From the NCBI GenBank assembly GCA_965223905.1, contig CBDCXV010000011.1, forward strand, positions 2,080,001 to 2,144,000: a stretch of DNA of 64,000 bases, in the 5' to 3' direction. Source of the DNA: Candidatus Latescibacterota bacterium. Lineage in GTDB: Bacteria; Latescibacterota; UBA2968; UBA8231. A program made the position numbers and the translations under genes. Positions 60,394 through 64,000 of the stretch are shown here, piece after piece. How positions within the stretch are numbered: the first letter of the stretch is position 1; the number at the start of each line of letters is the position of its first letter. The notes beneath the pieces are model-generated. The model ran no database searches and was not told where the DNA came from. It was given only the letters and a program-made list of their open reading frames with translations.

Positions 60394-62100
60394 TCAGTTC
60401 CCTGCCAAGTCGAGCTGGAAGCTGGCGAGATGGCCGTCCTCGCGCCCGCGGCGGCGCTCGAAGCGGTAGCGGAAGGTCGCCGCCACAGGCGCCTTTCCCA
60501 GCTCCAGGAGCCCGTACGCTCTCCAGCCCACCCCGTTGAGGGCGCGAATGCTCACGGCGCCGGGAAGATCGTACTCGAACTCGTAGATGCGGGCGTCCCA
60601 AGAGTCGACGCGGAAGCGGCTCAGGTGGCCGCTGCAGCGCAGCGCCCCGAGTCGCAGGCGGGCGGAAACGGAGGCGTTGGAAGCCCGGTTCGACTGCGAT
60701 CCGGTCCGCACCTGTCCGCTCTCCAGGCGGAGGCGGAGCATCTGCAGGCGGCCCTCCCCCTTTTGCTGCAGGTCGAAGCGGATCTTGCGCGATTTTGCGG
60801 CCGTAGCTTCCCCCTGCTTCCAGACCGGCTTCAGCCGCTGCCGGAGACTGAGTTTCGGGTTCCACGCCGCCAGCCGCGCGAGAGCCGGCCGCAGTCCCTG
60901 AGGGCCGCGGCCCCGTAGCGACTTCAGCGGCCGGGCGAGGCTCCACTCGGCGCCGAGGAGGGTGTGCTCGCTCGCCATCGGGTAGAAGTAGGTCCTCTGC
61001 GGGCGCCGGTAGCGGTCGACGTAGAAGCGCAGACCTGCCCGCCGGTGCCCGATCATCACCAGGATCCCGCGCTCGTTCTTCATGCCGCCGGCCCCGGGGG
61101 CGCCGCCGAAAAAGGCGTGGTACCCCGGGTCGTACGCCCGGAGCAGCACCCCGGCCTTCAGCCGCCGCCCGGACAGCCGCAGGCCCCCGACCCACCCCAG
61201 GTGGCCGCGGTCCTGAACGGCGAGCTCGCCGAAACCCTGGAGCCTGCGGGCGCGCCAGACCAAGTCTAAGCCCGCTGTCGACTGCCCGCGGCCCTTGAAG
61301 GCGTACTCGACGCGTCCCGGCCGCCGCAGGTCGACGGAGCGGGAGAACCGCACCTTCAGCAGGGTCGTTCCGATAGAGAGCCTGCCGCGCTCGCCGCGCA
61401 GCCGCAGGACCCCGACCTGTCCGCCGAGCCGGTCGGCATTGCGGCGTTCCGCGGGGCTGACGTGGTAGCCGCTCTGCGGCAGCGAGGTGACGCCCCCGCT
61501 GTCGTCCACGCGGGCATCGAAGCGGATGGCGCCGGCCGATGCCGCGGCCTCGAAGCCGGGCCCCCGCCGGCGCAACGACAGTCCCCGGAGGGAGTGGTTC
61601 TCCGCGGAGGAGCGGTACCCCGTCGCCCGGCTGTCGCGCCGCGGCCGGGGCATGGCCGCCCCCCCGCGCCAGCCGTGGCGGCTGAATACCAGGCCCTGCG
61701 CGAAGCCCGGTCTCAGATCTCCGGCGACCGCTTCGAACCCGGCGAGGTCCGCGGACACGTAGACGCTGGCGAAATCCCTCCACGAGCCCTCCCCCGGATC
61801 CTTCTCGGCCAGCGCGTACAGGGCGGGCCCGCCGGGGGCCTTCCATTCGAGCCGCTGGTAGATCCTGGCCTGGCGGTATCCCGGCTCCCGGCTCTGCAGA
61901 CGCCAGCGGGCCGACCAGCCTGAAGCGGCGAGATCCGCCAGGCGGCTGGCCAGCGAGGCCGCGCCGGCGCCCTCCTCGAAGGCGAGGGCGCCGGCATCCT
62001 CCTCTTCCGGGGACGGGTCGGCCGCGGTCGGGACGGCGAGGGAAAGCGGAGCGAGGATTGCCGCGGCGGCGACCGCCGCGGTTCGCGTCTTGGCAAGCAT
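60394..62100 (-). CDS. Outer-membrane protein resembling the barrel region of FCB ComEA/HhH-associated proteins
   Basis: Signal peptide; EKDPGE, GDLRPGFAQGLVF, ENHSLRG, NERG and DARIYEFEYDL motifs. Confidence 0.55.
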   Translation of the reverse strand: MLAKTRTAAVAAAAILAPLSLAVPTAADPSPEEEDAGALAFEEGAGAASLASRLADLAASGWSARWRLQSREPGYRQARIYQRLEWKAPGGPALYALAEKDPGEGSWRDFASVYVSADLAGFEAVAGDLRPGFAQGLVFSRHGWRGGAAMPRPRRDSRATGYRSSAENHSLRGLSLRRRGPGFEAAASAGAIRFDARVDDSGGVTSLPQSGYHVSPAERRNADRLGGQVGVLRLRGERGRLSIGTTLLKVRFSRSVDLRRPGRVEYAFKGRGQSTAGLDLVWRARRLQGFGELAVQDRGHLGWVGGLRLSGRRLKAGVLLRAYDPGYHAFFGGAPGAGGMKNERGILVMIGHRRAGLRFYVDRYRRPQRTYFYPMASEHTLLGAEWSLARPLKSLRGRGPQGLRPALARLAAWNPKLSLRQRLKPVWKQGEATAAKSRKIRFDLQQKGEGRLQMLRLRLESGQVRTGSQSNRASNASVSARLRLGALRCSGHLSRFRVDSWDARIYEFEYDLPGAVSIRALNGVGWRAYGLLELGKAPVAATFRYRFERRRGREDGHLASFQLDLAGN

Positions 62101-62276
62101 GGCAGCCCCGGAGCGGCAAATCCCGTACCCGCACCCCCCTCTCCGGTGGCGCCTCCTCCGGCCTGTGTGATTTCGCACACATGCCGTTTCCCCTGGCACA
62201 CGTTTGACCGCGGCGGCGCGGCCGCGGCATCTTGGACATCCCCGCCTTGACCCCCTTTGCCAGCGGAGCGCGCCCC

Positions 62277-63095
62277 GTGAAGTTCGGAACCTGCAACGAG
62301 TACTTCGAAGACTGGCCCCTCGAAGAGGTGTTCGACTACGCCGCGGCCATCGGCTACGACGGCGTCGAGATCGCCCCCTTCACCCTGGCCGAATCGGTGG
62401 AGGAGATCCCCGCCTCCCGCCGCGCCGGGATCCGCCGCGCCGCCGAAGCGGCCGGCGTCGAGATCATCGGCCTGCACTGGCTGCTGATCAGTCCGGAAGG
62501 CCTGTACACCAACCACGTCGACGACGGGATCCGCAACCGCACGCGCGACTACTTCCAGTCCCTGATCCGGTTCTGCGGCGATCTGGGCGGCGGCGTGATG
62601 ATCATCGGTTCGCCCAAGCAGCGGAACGTCCAGGAAGGGTGGGACTTCGGCGAGACCTGGGACCGCACCCGAGCGGTCTTCGAGGACTGCCTGGCGCTCG
62701 CCGAACGGCACTCCGTCTACCTCTGCATCGAGCCGCTCAGCGCCGACCAGACCAACTTCATCACCACCGCGGCCGAGGCCCGCCGCATGGTGACAGAGAT
62801 CGGTCACCCGAACTTCCGCACCATGATCGACTGTTGCAGCGGCTCCACCGAGGAGCGCAGCCTCGCGCAGCTGCTCGCCGACTCGGGGGAGCACCTCTAT
62901 CACGTCCACGTCAACGACGCCAACAAGCGCGGACCCGGCTTCGGCGACACCGATTTCACCCAGGTGATGAAGAAGCTGCGGGAGATGGGGTACGACCGCT
63001 ACGTGTCGGTCGAGGTGTTCGACTTCGCGCCAGATCCGCGCACGATCGCCGCGGGAAGTGTGAAGTACTTGAAGGGGATTGGCGCGGCGCTCTGA
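62277..63095 (+). CDS. Sugar-phosphate isomerase/epimerase (TIM barrel, tagatose 3-epimerase-like)
   Basis: GYDGVEIAPF, GLHWLL, GSPKQR, IEPL, HVHVND..GPG.G and SVEVF motifs. Confidence 0.9.
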   Translation: MKFGTCNEYFEDWPLEEVFDYAAAIGYDGVEIAPFTLAESVEEIPASRRAGIRRAAEAAGVEIIGLHWLLISPEGLYTNHVDDGIRNRTRDYFQSLIRFCGDLGGGVMIIGSPKQRNVQEGWDFGETWDRTRAVFEDCLALAERHSVYLCIEPLSADQTNFITTAAEARRMVTEIGHPNFRTMIDCCSGSTEERSLAQLLADSGEHLYHVHVNDANKRGPGFGDTDFTQVMKKLREMGYDRYVSVEVFDFAPDPRTIAAGSVKYLKGIGAAL

Positions 63096-63849
63096 GCAGT
63101 ACTCTTTTGAATTTCTGAAACGGATCGTTACGGTGGCTGAAATGCGCCCTTTCGTACGGCACCAGGTGGGCGGAGAAACGCCGGATTATCTGGTAATCGC
63201 GAGATCATCCAGACGAAATTGTCGCAAGGAGTGCAGAGCAGACAGCGAGAATTGGCCAGATCTCAAATTTGAGATCGACGCGGAGAGTCTGCCGGATGTG
63301 CCAGGAATGATGCTGGTTGTAGTCGAAGCGCTTAAGGATTTGGGCGGATCGGCCACCATCCGGGAGCTCGACGAAAAGGTGATTGAGTTGGAGGGCGTGA
63401 CCGAAACCGAGCAAGCTTTCACTCTGTCACGCGACGAAAACCGGACGCGAGTGAACTTCTACCTCGCCTGGGCTCGCACCTACCTCAAACGCGGCAATGC
63501 GCTGGTGAACTCTTCGCGCGGGGTCTGGGCGCTGACTGAAAGTGGCGCGGCGATCACGGGGCTCCACGAAACCCGTGAGATCTATGAAAAGGTCACGCTG
63601 GAAGAGCGTGAACGGGCACGGGCTAAGCGGCAAGCTGCATTACAGGGGCGAGCAGACAAGGGCCTGTTCATAACCACTGGCCATTTCTCGAATCAAGCGT
63701 CAGACGAAGCCACCCGTGACGGCGCGATTGCGATTGACCTTATAGACGGGAATCGCCTCTGCGATTTGCTTAAGGAAAACCGCCTTGGTGTGAAGACAAA
63801 GAGGATCGAGCGTGTGCGTATCCAGTCGAATTGGTTCGAGAATATTTAG
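63079..63849 (+). pseudogene. mrr: Mrr-family restriction protein with internal deletion (start uncertain)
   Basis: Mrr N-terminal winged helix (LGGSA..AWARTYLK..SSRGVWALT) joined to the C-terminal end (KGLFITTGHF..IDLIDG); catalytic segment absent. Confidence 0.7.
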
Positions 63850-64000
63850 CTAGCATCGCCACAGGGTTTTTCGATACGTTACTCCGCCGCCGTCCGCGTA
63901 CGGAGGCAGGATCGATACGACGCCGGACCCGAGTGTCAGGGTGTATTTTGGTGTATAATCGCCAGCAAACTGAGAGCTGCGGGAAGAGGGTACAGGAACG

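Overview
High-GC bacterial window. Protein repertoire suggests an FCB-group lineage such as Latescibacterota or Gemmatimonadota, possibly host-associated; this is inference. Left to right: (1) 1-7.1 kb metabolic genes: RraA-like aldolase, MlrC peptidase, a eukaryote-like alkyl-DHAP synthase, HAD, metallophosphatase and a SET protein. (2) 7.2-26.8 kb tandem array of five paralogous secreted proteins built from signal peptide, zinc metallopeptidase, WD40 propellers, Big_1-like Ig repeats, a dockerin-like module and a T9SS/FlgD-like tail. The array shows reciprocal deletions and repeat homogenisation. (3) Two Uma2 genes, an orphan WD40 repeat and an MNT-HEPN toxin-antitoxin pair. (4) Sugar catabolism and ABC uptake genes. 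(5) 39-53.5 kb block beside tRNA-Val: PorV-like gene, a coupled DUF4956-HlyD-TolC-VTC operon, two secreted CotH kinases (one cut by an ISL3 element with an 8-bp target duplication) and a beta-helix protein. (6) tyrS preceded by an apparent Tyr-leader-peptide attenuator, long-form guaA, M6 protease, an OM barrel, an epimerase and a catalytically truncated Mrr. Best candidates for new biology are the VTC/DUF4956/HlyD/TolC/CotH module (possible polyphosphate synthesis-and-export system), the tyrS attenuator and the diversifying WD40-peptidase array. Family calls come from motif recognition only; no searches were run.
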